A stretch of 32,000 nucleotides of DNA from contig NC_015067.1 in assembly GCF_000196555.1 (NCBI RefSeq), forward strand, positions 1,260,001 through 1,292,000, given 5' to 3'. Position 1 is the stretch's first letter; every line of letters starts with the position of its first letter. The notes beneath the pieces are model-generated. The model had not been told where the DNA came from. It made no database searches and was given only the letters and a program-made list of their open reading frames with translations. A program made the translations under genes and the position numbers. Origin of the DNA: Bifidobacterium longum subsp. longum JCM 1217 (GTDB taxonomy: Bacteria; Actinomycetota; Actinomycetes; Actinomycetales; Bifidobacteriaceae). Of this stretch, positions 17,212 to 25,991 are shown piece by piece.

Positions 17212-19320
17212 ATGACCGAATTCAAGGAGACCGAGCTCGACGAGCGCGCCATCAAGATGGCGAAGGTCCTTTCGGCTGACGCGGTTGAGAAGGCAGGCTC
17301 CGGCCACCCCGGCTCCCCCGTCTCCCTGGCGCCCGTCGCCTACACGCTGTACCAGCACTTCATCAAGCACGATCCGAATGATCCCAACTGGGAAGGCCGC
17401 GATCGCTTCATCCTTTCCGGTGGCCATGCCTCCCTCACCCAGTACGTCCAGCTGTACTTCTCCGGCTACGGCGTGACCCTGGACGACCTTAAGAACTTCC
17501 GTGGCGGCGCTGCCACCCGCACCCCGGGCCACCCGGAGTACGGCCTGACCCCGGGCATCGAAATGACCACCGGCCCTCTGGGCCAGGGCTTCGCCTCCGC
17601 CATCGGCTTTGCCTACGGCGAGCGTTTCCAGCGCGGTCTGCTTGACCCGGAGACCCCGAAGGAAGATTCCCCGTTCTACCACAAGATTTGGGCCATCTGT
17701 GGTGAAGGCGACATCGAGGAGGGCATCTCCGGCGAGGCCGCTTCCCTGGCCGCCAACCAGAAGCTCGGCAACCTGACCGTGATCTTCGACGCCAACCGCA
17801 TCCAGATCGAAGGCGACACCAACCTGGTGCTGGCCGAGGACGTGCTCAAGCGCTTCCAGGCCTACGGCTGGTACACCGACGAGTTCAGCTTCATCCAGCC
17901 CGACGGCTCCTACAAGGAGGACATCGAGGGTCTGGCCGACGTCATCGCCAAGGCCGAAGCCGCCGCCCCGGACCAGCCGAAGCTCATCAAGGTCCACTCC
18001 CTGATCGCCTGGCCGACCCCGGGCAAGACCAACGACCCGTCCTCCCACGGCTCCAAGCTGGGCGCCGAGGCCGTCGCCGGCCTCAAGAAACTCCTCGGCT
18101 ACGATCCGGAGGAGTCCTTCCACGTCGACGAAGAAGCCCTGGCCCACGCCCGCAAGGTCGCCGATCGCGGCCTGGAGGCCCACAAGGCCTGGGACGAGAA
18201 GTTCGACGCCTGGCGCAAGGCCAACCCGGACAAGGCCGCCCTGTACGACCGTCTGAAGGCCGGTGAACTGCCGGAAGGCTTCGACAAGGCCCTTGACGAC
18301 CTTGAGGCCACCTTCGAAGTCGGCAAGGGTGTCGCCACTCGTGGCGCCTCCGGCTCCGTGCTCAACGCCATCGCCGCCGTCATGCCGGAACTCTGGGGCG
18401 GCTCCGCCGACCTCGGTGGCTCCAACAAGACCGACCTCAAGGGCGCTGCCACCTTCGCCCCGGCCGAGTGCGCCACCAAGCAGTGGCCGAACTGCAACGA
18501 GTTCGGTCGCCAGCTGCACTTCGGCGTGCGCGAGTTCACCATGGGCTGCATCACCAACGGCATCCTGCTGGGTTCCCACACCCGTCCGTTCGGCGGCACC
18601 TTCTTCATGTTCTCCGACTACGAGCGTTCCGCCGTTCGTCTGGCCGCCCTCATGCAGATCCCGAACCTGTACATCTGGTCCCACGACTCCGTCGCCGTCG
18701 GCGAGGACGGCCCGACCCACCAGCCGGTTGAGCACCTTGCTTCCTTCCGCGCGATTCCTCAGCTTGAGGTCATTCGCCCGGCCGATGCCTTCGAGACCGC
18801 CGAGGCTTACCGTTACTTCTTCGAGAAGAAGAACACCCTGCCTGGCGCCATGGTTCTGACCCGTCAGGGTGTCCCGGTTCTTGCCGAGACCGCTGCCAAG
18901 GCCAAGGACGGTGTCAAGAAGGGCGCTTACATCCTGGTCGACACCGAGGGTACTCCGGACGTCATCCTCATGGCTTCCGGTTCCGAGGTCCAGTGGGCTG
19001 TGGCTGCCGCCAAGACCCTGGCCGGCGAGGGCGTCAAGGCTCGCGTCGTGTCCGTGCCGTCCATGGAATGGTTCGAGGAGCAGGACGCCGAGTACAAGGA
19101 GGCTGTGCTTCCGGCCGCTGTCAAGGCTCGTGTCTCCGTCGAGGCCGGCGTTGCCATGCCGTGGTACAAGTACCTCGGTTCCTACGGCAAGCCTGTCTCC
19201 ATCGAGCAGTTCGGCCTGCAGGGTGACGGCGCTCAGAACATGATCGACCTCGGCATCACCGCCGAGCACGTGGTGGAAGCCGCCAAGGCCTCCATCGCCG
19301 AAGTCGAAGCCGCCAAGTGA
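17212..19320 (+). CDS. tkt: Transketolase
   Basis: 702 aa. ThDP motifs ([17 protein letters not shown]) and a conserved Pyr domain ([15 protein letters not shown]). GGAAGGA ribosome-binding site. Confidence 0.96.
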   Translation: MTEFKETELDERAIKMAKVLSADAVEKAGSGHPGSPVSLAPVAYTLYQHFIKHDPNDPNWEGRDRFILSGGHASLTQYVQLYFSGYGVTLDDLKNFRGGAATRTPGHPEYGLTPGIEMTTGPLGQGFASAIGFAYGERFQRGLLDPETPKEDSPFYHKIWAICGEGDIEEGISGEAASLAANQKLGNLTVIFDANRIQIEGDTNLVLAEDVLKRFQAYGWYTDEFSFIQPDGSYKEDIEGLADVIAKAEAAAPDQPKLIKVHSLIAWPTPGKTNDPSSHGSKLGAEAVAGLKKLLGYDPEESFHVDEEALAHARKVADRGLEAHKAWDEKFDAWRKANPDKAALYDRLKAGELPEGFDKALDDLEATFEVGKGVATRGASGSVLNAIAAVMPELWGGSADLGGSNKTDLKGAATFAPAECATKQWPNCNEFGRQLHFGVREFTMGCITNGILLGSHTRPFGGTFFMFSDYERSAVRLAALMQIPNLYIWSHDSVAVGEDGPTHQPVEHLASFRAIPQLEVIRPADAFETAEAYRYFFEKKNTLPGAMVLTRQGVPVLAETAAKAKDGVKKGAYILVDTEGTPDVILMASGSEVQWAVAAAKTLAGEGVKARVVSVPSMEWFEEQDAEYKEAVLPAAVKARVSVEAGVAMPWYKYLGSYGKPVSIEQFGLQGDGAQNMIDLGITAEHVVEAAKASIAEVEAAK

Positions 19321-19349
19321 GCAACTAAGCAATAATTCAATAATTGTTG

Positions 19350-19464
19350 GCTCCCCTCCCTGAGGGGAGCTGTCAGGCGAAAGCTTGACTGAGGGGAGCA
19401 ATGCTTGAGCCCACTCCCCTCAGTCCGCGTTGCGGACAGCTCCCCTCTCCCAGGAGAGGGGAGC
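19350..19464. repeat. Cluster of three GAGGGGAGC-type hairpins in the tkt-tal spacer
   Basis: Hairpin A 19350-19370: GCTCCCCTC-cct-GAGGGGAGC. Hairpin B 19389-19423: CTGAGGGGAG-15 nt-CTCCCCTCAG. Hairpin C 19439-19464: GCTCCCCTCTCC-ca-GGAGAGGGGAGC. In addition, GAGCTGTC (19367-19374) pairs with GACAGCTC (19435-19442). Confidence 0.85.
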
Positions 19465-19492
19465 CTAGGGCTTGAATCCAAGGAGAAAATAA

Positions 19493-20596
19493 ATGACTGA
19501 AGCAACTCAGCGTACGTCTGACAACGGCGTTTCCATCTGGCTGGACGACCTGTCCCGCTCCCGCATCGAGTCCGGCTCCCTGCAGGACCTCATCGCCAAC
19601 AAGAACGTCGTCGGCGTTACCACCAACCCGTCCATCTTCCAGAAGGCCCTGAGCCAGGTCGGCCCGTACGACGCTCAGCTCAAGGAGCTCGGCAAGGTTG
19701 ACGTTGAGACCGCTGTCCGCGAGCTCACCACCACCGACGTGCGCAACGCCACCGACATCTTCCGCGAGATCGCTGAGGCTACCGACTTCGTCGACGGCCG
19801 CGTCTCCATCGAGGTCGACCCGCGTCTGGCCCACGACACCGAGAACACCGCCAAGCAGGCTGTGGAACTCTGGGAGAAGGTCAACCGTCCGAACGCCATG
19901 ATCAAGATTCCGGCAACCCTCGAAGGCCTGCCGGCCATCACCGCCACCCTGGCCAAGGGTATCTCCGTCAACGTCACCCTGATCTTCTCGCTCGAGCGCT
20001 ACGAGCAGGTCATCGACGCTTACATCGAGGGCATCGCTCAGGCTGCCGCCAACGGCCACGACCTGAAGCACATCGGCTCCGTCGCTTCCTTCTTCGTGTC
20101 CCGCGTGGACAGCGCTGTCGACAAGCTGCTGGAAGCCAACGGCTCCGACGAGGCCAAGGCTCTGGAGGGCAAGGCCGCTGTGGCCAACGCTCGCCTGGCT
20201 TACGAACTCTTCGAGAAGAAGTTCGCCGAGGATCCGCGTTGGGCCGACCTGGCTGCCAAGGGCGCCAAGGTTCAGCGTCCGCTGTGGGCTTCCACCGGCA
20301 CCAAGAACGCCGCCTACTCCGACTGCAAGTACGTTGACGAGCTCGTTGCCAAGCACATCGTCAACACCATGCCGGAGAAGACCCTGAACGCTCTGGCCGA
20401 CCACGGCAACGGCGCTCCGTCCATCGAGGGCACCTACGAAGAGTCCCACGCCATCATCAACAAGCTGGCTGAGCTCGGCATCAACCTCAAGGACGTCACC
20501 GACAAGCTGGAGGCCGACGGTGTCGCTGCCTTCATCAAGTCCTGGGATTCCGTGCTGGCTGACGTCCAGTCCGGCATCGACCGCGTGAACGCCTGA
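19493..20596 (+). CDS. tal: Transaldolase
   Basis: 367 aa. WLDDLSR, VTTNPSIF and active-site KIPAT motifs. AAGGAGAA ribosome-binding site. Confidence 0.95.
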   Translation: MTEATQRTSDNGVSIWLDDLSRSRIESGSLQDLIANKNVVGVTTNPSIFQKALSQVGPYDAQLKELGKVDVETAVRELTTTDVRNATDIFREIAEATDFVDGRVSIEVDPRLAHDTENTAKQAVELWEKVNRPNAMIKIPATLEGLPAITATLAKGISVNVTLIFSLERYEQVIDAYIEGIAQAAANGHDLKHIGSVASFFVSRVDSAVDKLLEANGSDEAKALEGKAAVANARLAYELFEKKFAEDPRWADLAAKGAKVQRPLWASTGTKNAAYSDCKYVDELVAKHIVNTMPEKTLNALADHGNGAPSIEGTYEESHAIINKLAELGINLKDVTDKLEADGVAAFIKSWDSVLADVQSGIDRVNA

Positions 20597-20643
20597 GATT
20601 TGACGACTGATGCGTGTTTAGCGCACTAGTTGATTAGATCACA

Positions 20644-20682
20644 GAAGCCCCGACCCCAACCGGTCGGGGCTTCTTTCGTTTG
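20644..20682 (+). terminator. Intrinsic terminator of tkt-tal
   Basis: GAAGCCCCGACC-ccaacc-GGTCGGGGCTTC (12-bp stem) followed by TTTCGTTTGTT. Confidence 0.85.
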
Positions 20683-20725
20683 TTGCTACAGTGGTACGAG
20701 CATATGAGAGAAAGGCCGAACCGTA

Positions 20726-22063
20726 ATGAACAAACTTGTCGCACGCCAGCGGTTGGTGATGACCTTCACCTTCTTTTCGATGTTCTTCGGAGCGGGCAAT
20801 CTGATTTTTCCGCCGTTCGTCGGCGCTCAGGCCGGTTCCGCGACCATACCGGCGGCCATCGGTTTCATCGTCTCCGCAGTCGGCCTGCCGATTCTCGGCG
20901 TGCTGGCGGTCACCTTCGCCGGCGGTTTCGACAAACTCGCCAGCCGGGTCTCCCCCAAATTCGCCTTGTTCCTCGGCGTGGCGATCATGCTCACCATCGG
21001 CCCGTGCTTTGCGATTCCACGTACGGCGACCACCTCATTCGAAATGATGGTGGCTCCTTTCGTACCGTCCTCCTATGGCTGGCTGGCCCAACTCATCTAC
21101 TCGCTCGTGTTCTTCACACTGGCGTTCCTGTTCGCCCAGCATCCCGAGAAACTCTCCAAAGTGCTCGGCCGATTCATGGGGCCGTTGCTGCTGGTGCTCA
21201 TTGCTGTCCTGTTCATCGCCTGCCTGATCCACGGCATCGGCATCCCGGCCAACCCGATGGGCGACTACTCCACAAACCAGATCGCACGCGGCTTCCTCGA
21301 CGGCTACCAGACCATGGACCTGCTCGCCGCGCTCTACTTCGGCATCGTGATCTCCGCGAATATCCGCGCCCAACAAGTCGATGACGAATCGCAAGTGCAG
21401 AAGGAGACCGCGTATGCCGGGCTCGGCACCGGCGTACTGCTGATCGTGATCTACGGCGCGCTAAGCTACGTGGGCGTGGTGTCCGGAGCCATCGCCACCA
21501 TCGACCCCACCAAAGACACGGGCGCGACCGTGCTCACCAACCTCACCTCCTCCCTGTTCGGCACGTTCGGTACCGCGTTCCTTGGCGTCGTGTTCGTCAT
21601 CGCCTGCCTCAACGTATGCACCGGACTGATCGGCACCTGCGCCACCTACTTCCATACTCGGTTCCGGACCGTCGCCGGCCGAACGTTGAGCTACCGCACC
21701 TGGCAGGTCATCTTCACCGTGTTCAGTTTCATCGTGTCCAATGCCGGGCTGAGCGCGATCATCAAGGTTTCCGTGCCGGTGTTGTCCGCACTGTATCCGA
21801 TCGCCATCGTGCTGGTACTGCTGACGCTGACCCACAAGTCGCTCGGCGCGCGATTCCCGCGCGTCTATTTCTGGACTGTGCTGCTGGTGGGCATCGCATC
21901 CTTCGCCACCTGCATCTCCAGTTTGGTCGCCGTCTTCGGCGGTTCCATCGGCTGGCTGGACGCGGCGCTGGCTATGCTGCCTTTGCAGCAATACCAGCTC
22001 GGCTGGGTGGTCCCGGCTATCCTCGGTGTTGCCATTGGTATCGCCGATGCTCCGCGACGGTAG
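20726..22063 (+). CDS. brnQ: Branched-chain amino acid transport system II carrier (LIVCS family)
   Basis: 445 aa with about 12 TM helices. Signature FFGAGNLIFPP near the N-terminus. Confidence 0.9.
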   Translation: MNKLVARQRLVMTFTFFSMFFGAGNLIFPPFVGAQAGSATIPAAIGFIVSAVGLPILGVLAVTFAGGFDKLASRVSPKFALFLGVAIMLTIGPCFAIPRTATTSFEMMVAPFVPSSYGWLAQLIYSLVFFTLAFLFAQHPEKLSKVLGRFMGPLLLVLIAVLFIACLIHGIGIPANPMGDYSTNQIARGFLDGYQTMDLLAALYFGIVISANIRAQQVDDESQVQKETAYAGLGTGVLLIVIYGALSYVGVVSGAIATIDPTKDTGATVLTNLTSSLFGTFGTAFLGVVFVIACLNVCTGLIGTCATYFHTRFRTVAGRTLSYRTWQVIFTVFSFIVSNAGLSAIIKVSVPVLSALYPIAIVLVLLTLTHKSLGARFPRVYFWTVLLVGIASFATCISSLVAVFGGSIGWLDAALAMLPLQQYQLGWVVPAILGVAIGIADAPRR

Positions 22064-22132
22064 TTTTCCCGGTCTGTGCCGGAGTCTGGCGGTCGGTCGG
22101 TGATGGCGGCTGCCGCAGTATCCCTCCTATAA

Positions 22133-22161
22133 AGCGGCATACAGAATTCCTGTATGCCGCT
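22133..22161 (+). terminator. Hairpin downstream of brnQ (possible terminator, no U-run)
   Basis: AGCGGCATACAG-aattc-CTGTATGCCGCT forms a 12-bp perfect stem, 70 nt after the brnQ stop. Confidence 0.45.
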
Positions 22162-22234
22162 GGTCTCCGCCCATCTGCCATAGTTATACTGGCATCATCG
22201 ACGACGGCGATAACAGCATAAGGTGGGGCGAGTC

Positions 22235-23344
22235 ATGGACACCAGTGATAGACAGGTAGCGGAAACCGGCCGGAATCGCGAGCTTGGGCTGATTCCGGCC
22301 ATGGTGATGGCGGTTGTTGCGACGCTCAGTGGTGCCGGTGTATCGTTCGCGCCATTATATGAGCGCATTTGGGGCGGCATGATGTTGCATCCGAATTGTC
22401 CGGCGATTGGCAGAATGACCTACTATCTCTCGGGCCAAGCAACTGACGATTATGGAGCCTGCGTCACCTCACCACTGTGGTTTATGACGGTGACTGCGCT
22501 GAGTGTTGTCGCGATTCTCTGTCTGACTGTTGCGGGAGTACAGGGCTTTTCGCGCCATCGGCTCTGTTCGGTGTTTAGTGTTCTTATTGCGGCAGTGGCT
22601 GTTGCAATCATATTGGTGTTGAGTGCGAATACCAAGATTGTAACGTTGTGGGCGATGTATGCGGTGACGTGGCTGGTGCACGCCATAGTCACCTCATATC
22701 TGAGCAACGGTTGGATACGAATCGCGCGACTGTTGTTCGTATGGCAGATTGGCGTGATGCCGGTATTCGTCACCGAATATTCAGTATCCGACGAGGTCAA
22801 CTTCAGCGGCGGCGCAACCATCGCTTGCGGACTTGGACTTGCGGCATATGCGCTGGTGCAATACGCCTCTCTTACCATCGACTCGCAAAACAACAGTAAT
22901 CGAATCACGCCAGAACGCAGTGGTATACGGGCTACCTCCTTGCACGACCTGTTCCACACCATCAGCATCAACGCATCCGCCATACGCAATTGCTCTGTTC
23001 CCGTTGCCCTGTTCTGGTCAGGTATCACGTTCTTTACCTACAGCTACAACACTGGTAGACACACCGATTTCTGCCCAGCGCTATCGGCAACTGACAATGC
23101 AGGTCTTGTCGCTTATTGCATCGGCCATGAAGCTTTGGGACTGCTGACCGTCGTGTTGTGCGTGCTGCCATTGTTCTCCCTGCTTTCGGCGATTACGGCC
23201 ATCACGTTGGCTGCACGCAACGCAAATAACGGCGGTAACGCTGCCAATGCCGATGGCTCTCGAAATTCAGCCGCCGTGTGCTATCTGCTCCTGGCAACCG
23301 CACTGTCCGCCACGGCCTTCGTCATCGCCTTCACCTTGGCATAG
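22235..23344 (+). CDS. Hypothetical polytopic membrane protein (orphan, about 9-10 TM, Cys-containing loops)
   Basis: ORF 22223..23344. The preferred start is the ATG at 22235, 8 nt after TAAGGTGG. A TATACT -10-like hexamer lies at 22185-22190. No motif I recognise. G+C is visibly lower than in flanking genes. Confidence 0.7.
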   Translation: MDTSDRQVAETGRNRELGLIPAMVMAVVATLSGAGVSFAPLYERIWGGMMLHPNCPAIGRMTYYLSGQATDDYGACVTSPLWFMTVTALSVVAILCLTVAGVQGFSRHRLCSVFSVLIAAVAVAIILVLSANTKIVTLWAMYAVTWLVHAIVTSYLSNGWIRIARLLFVWQIGVMPVFVTEYSVSDEVNFSGGATIACGLGLAAYALVQYASLTIDSQNNSNRITPERSGIRATSLHDLFHTISINASAIRNCSVPVALFWSGITFFTYSYNTGRHTDFCPALSATDNAGLVAYCIGHEALGLLTVVLCVLPLFSLLSAITAITLAARNANNGGNAANADGSRNSAAVCYLLLATALSATAFVIAFTLA

Positions 23345-23472
23345 CGCGGACCACCATGCCGCAGTTCGCGCGATCGCTGGGATACAGCGCTTCCTGCGCA
23401 CGACGCGACACCACCGGCATAAGATCTCCTTTATATCACGAAACAATCGAGCGTGTTCGTTTGCGCCAAGGA

Positions 23473-25029
23473 TCAGCTCTGCCAGTAGTAGCTGAAGAAG
23501 TCGGAGATCTCCCCCATGGTTTCGCGCAGCATGCCCATGCGCGGCAGGTACACCACGCGGAAGTGGTCGGGGCGATGCCAGTTGAACGCGCCGCCGTGGC
23601 TGATGAGGATGTGCTTGTCATGCAGCAGGTCGAGCGCGAACTGCTCGTCCGAGTGGATGTTGAAGCGTTTGACGTCGATCTTCGGGAAGATGTAGAACGC
23701 GGCCTTCGGCTTGACGGCGGTGATGCCGGGGATCTGGTTGAGCATGTCGTAGACGAGGTCGCGCTGGTCGTGCACGCGGCCGCCCGGCACGATGTAGTCG
23801 TTGACGCTCTGGTGGCCGCCGAGCGCGGTCTGCACCACGGACTGGGCGGGCACGTTCGAACACATGCGCATGTTGGCGAGCATGTTGAGGCCCTCGATGT
23901 AGTCCTTGGCAATGCGCTTGTTGCCGGACAGGATCATCCAGCCGATGCGGTAGCCGGCGATCATGTGCGATTTCGACAGGCCGGAGAAGGTCACGCAGAA
24001 CAGGTCCGGGGCCATCGAGGCGATGGAGATGTGCTGCAGGCCGTCCATGACGAGGCGATCGTAGATTTCGTCGGAGAAGATGATGAGCTGGTGTTCGCGC
24101 GCGATGTCGACGATCTGCTGGAGCACTTCCTTTGGGTAAAGTGCGCCGGTGGGGTTGTTCGGGTTGATGATGACAATCGCCTTGGTGTTGCTGGTGATCT
24201 TGGAGCGGATGTCGTCGATGTCCGGATACCATTCGGACTGTTCGTCGCACAGGTAGTGCACGGCGGTGCCGCCGGCCAGGTTCACGCAGGCGGTCCACAG
24301 CGGGTAGTCCGGGGATGGCACGAGCACTTCGTCGCCGGTGTCGAGTAGCGCGGACATGGACAGGTTGATGAGCTCGCTGACGCCGTTGCCGGTGTAGATG
24401 TCGTCGATGGTGACGTTCGGGATGTTCTTCAGCTGCGCGTACTGCATGATGGCCTTGCGCGCGGAGAACAGGCCCTTGGACGGCGAGTAGCCTTCGGTGT
24501 CGGTGAGCTGGTGGGCCATGTCGTAGACGACTTCGTCCGGCGTGCGGAAGCCGAAGGGTGCCGGGTTGCCGATGTTCAATTTCAGGATGTGGGTGCCGTT
24601 GGCCTCCATGCGCATCGCCTCGTCGGCGACCGGGCCGCGCACGTCGTAGAGCACGTTGTCGAGCTTGTGCGATTTGCCGAAGGTGCGGCGGCGGCCCACG
24701 GGAATCTCGCTGTCCGTCTGGGGCTTGGAGGCACCCGTGGCAAGCGGTGTGGCGGCGTGTTCGCCGTCCGTGACGCTGTTGGAGGCGTCCGAGTTCAATT
24801 GCGTGGTGGATTCCTCTCCGCGCAGCCAGTTCATGTCGACGTCCAGTTCGCTGGCCAGGAATTCGAGCACGTCCTCGCGGGGCATGGTCTTGCCGGCCAC
24901 GTATTGGCTGATGTGGCTCTTGCCCATCTTTACACCACGATGTTCGGCGGCGTGCACCAAATCGACCTGCTTCAGTCCCCTGCTGTTCATCGCATTGCGC
25001 AGACGTTCCGCAAACACCGATACGCTCAT
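23473..25029 (-). CDS. Fusion protein: N-terminal XRE/Cro-type HTH domain + AlaA/AlaC-type PLP-dependent (fold type I) aminotransferase
   Basis: 518 aa. Residues 1-70 look like an HTH_3 domain (LKQVDLVHAAEHRGVKMGKSHISQYVAGKTMP). A low-complexity linker of about 45 aa follows. The remainder is close to E. coli AlaA along its whole length (LKLNIGNPAPFGF, INPNNPTG, catalytic Lys in SGLSKSH, NVPAQ). GGAGG ribosome-binding site. Confidence 0.88.
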   Translation of the reverse strand: MSVSVFAERLRNAMNSRGLKQVDLVHAAEHRGVKMGKSHISQYVAGKTMPREDVLEFLASELDVDMNWLRGEESTTQLNSDASNSVTDGEHAATPLATGASKPQTDSEIPVGRRRTFGKSHKLDNVLYDVRGPVADEAMRMEANGTHILKLNIGNPAPFGFRTPDEVVYDMAHQLTDTEGYSPSKGLFSARKAIMQYAQLKNIPNVTIDDIYTGNGVSELINLSMSALLDTGDEVLVPSPDYPLWTACVNLAGGTAVHYLCDEQSEWYPDIDDIRSKITSNTKAIVIINPNNPTGALYPKEVLQQIVDIAREHQLIIFSDEIYDRLVMDGLQHISIASMAPDLFCVTFSGLSKSHMIAGYRIGWMILSGNKRIAKDYIEGLNMLANMRMCSNVPAQSVVQTALGGHQSVNDYIVPGGRVHDQRDLVYDMLNQIPGITAVKPKAAFYIFPKIDVKRFNIHSDEQFALDLLHDKHILISHGGAFNWHRPDHFRVVYLPRMGMLRETMGEISDFFSYYWQS

Positions 25030-25051
25030 ATCCTTATGCCTCCAACCGGGA

Positions 25052-25110
25052 GTTCAATTTATCTTTTGAACAACGGTTCAAAGCATACCCCCGGTTCAAC
25101 ACAAGTTCAA
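25052..25110 (-). promoter_or_regulatory. Promoter (TTGAAC-17 nt-TATGCT) overlapped by an array of five GTTCAA/TTGAAC hexamers, a candidate operator for the HTH-aminotransferase
   Basis: On the minus strand, -35 is TTGAAC (rc 25105-25110) and -10 is TATGCT (rc 25082-25087), with an exact 17-nt spacer. Hexamers lie at 25052-57, 25066-71 (inverted), 25076-81, 25094-99 and 25105-10. TTGAAC-N4-GTTCAA (25066-25081) abuts the -10. Confidence 0.6.
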
Positions 25111-25139
25111 TTTTGGCGTGTTCTCGAGTCTCGACCGGT

Positions 25140-25991
25140 TCAGCCCAACTGCGCTTCAATCCATTGGGCGACGCCGTCCTCGTTGTTGGACGGGCAGATC
25201 TCGTCGGCGATGGACAACACCTTGGGGTTCGCGTTGGCCACGGCCACGCCCCGGCCGGATTCGCTCATCATGTTGATATCGATGAGGTCGTCGCCGAAGG
25301 CGGCTGTCTGTTCAAGCGGCACGTCCAGTCGCTCGCACAGCAGGTGCAGCGCGTGCTCCTTGTTGGCCTGCGGGTTCATGAGCATCCACATCACGCCTTC
25401 GCTGATGGAGATGTCGAAGTCCGGCGGAATCAGCGCACGCAGCTCGTTCCACTGTTCAGGCTCGGGGAAGATGGTGATCTTGTCCGCCACGCCTTCGGGC
25501 ACGTCGTGGAAGTTCGTGTATTGGAAGGCCTGAGTTTTCCAATACACGCGCACATCGAAGTTGGTGTAGCGCACGTCGTTCATCACGATGCCGAGCTTCA
25601 GGCCGGGCATGCGATCGAGCAGGAACAGACAGACTTCGCAGGCACGCCGTGAGGAGAAGCCAATCTTGATCAAATGGTTCTCATCGGCCGGCGTGGCACC
25701 TGAGGTGAGCAGGTCGAAGTCGGAGTGGGCCGGGTCGAAATCGATGAGGGCGCCGTTCAGATAGATTACGGCGTCCACCGGCAGTTTTTCGGCGAACTGG
25801 AGACCGGTACTCACCGGCCGCGCGGTGGCGATGGCGAATTGCATTCCGGCATCGTGCGCGCGGTTGATGGTGTCGATGCTGCGCTGGGTGATGAACCGGT
25901 CCTCGAATACCTCGGCGTCGTGCAGCAACGTGCCGTCGAGGTCGGCGACCAGCAGTCGGGGTTGTTTCGGCGTGATGGCGTCGAGAATCAC
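25140..25991 (-). CDS. Cof-type HAD-IIB family phosphatase
   Basis: 283 aa. Motif I LVADLDGTLL and motif IV AFGDDLIDINMM. The GTG start forms a GTGA overlap with the ldh stop. Confidence 0.85.
   Translation of the reverse strand: MILDAITPKQPRLLVADLDGTLLHDAEVFEDRFITQRSIDTINRAHDAGMQFAIATARPVSTGLQFAEKLPVDAVIYLNGALIDFDPAHSDFDLLTSGATPADENHLIKIGFSSRRACEVCLFLLDRMPGLKLGIVMNDVRYTNFDVRVYWKTQAFQYTNFHDVPEGVADKITIFPEPEQWNELRALIPPDFDISISEGVMWMLMNPQANKEHALHLLCERLDVPLEQTAAFGDDLIDINMMSESGRGVAVANANPKVLSIADEICPSNNEDGVAQWIEAQLG

Noticed and set aside
17155-19401. 748-aa ORF on the minus strand
   Set aside because: It is entirely antisense to transketolase, which has unmistakable ThDP motifs. The translation is low-complexity G/L/V/D/A-rich (GGLGG, VLGV...), typical of a shadow ORF in high-G+C DNA. 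Its ends run through the intergenic hairpin repeats.
19350-19464. Possible mini-CRISPR array, because GAGGGGAGC recurs at short intervals
   Set aside because: The units are self-complementary hairpins in alternating orientation with irregular spacing of about 20-40 nt. The repeat length is far below CRISPR repeats, and there are no cas genes or leader. The same unit occurs singly elsewhere.
19373-20449. 358-aa minus-strand ORF
   Set aside because: Antisense shadow of transaldolase.
20680-21384. 234-aa plus-strand ORF overlapping the brnQ 5' half in another frame
   Set aside because: The Arg/Pro/His-rich translation is typical of an off-frame read of a membrane-protein gene. The brnQ frame carries the FFGAGNLIFPP signature.
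23278-25533. 356-aa and 340-aa plus-strand ORFs (23278..24348 and 24511..25533), plus the 226-aa minus-strand alternative frame
   Set aside because: They are antisense to, or out of frame with, the AlaA-like aminotransferase and the HAD gene, whose homology is continuous across the full length.
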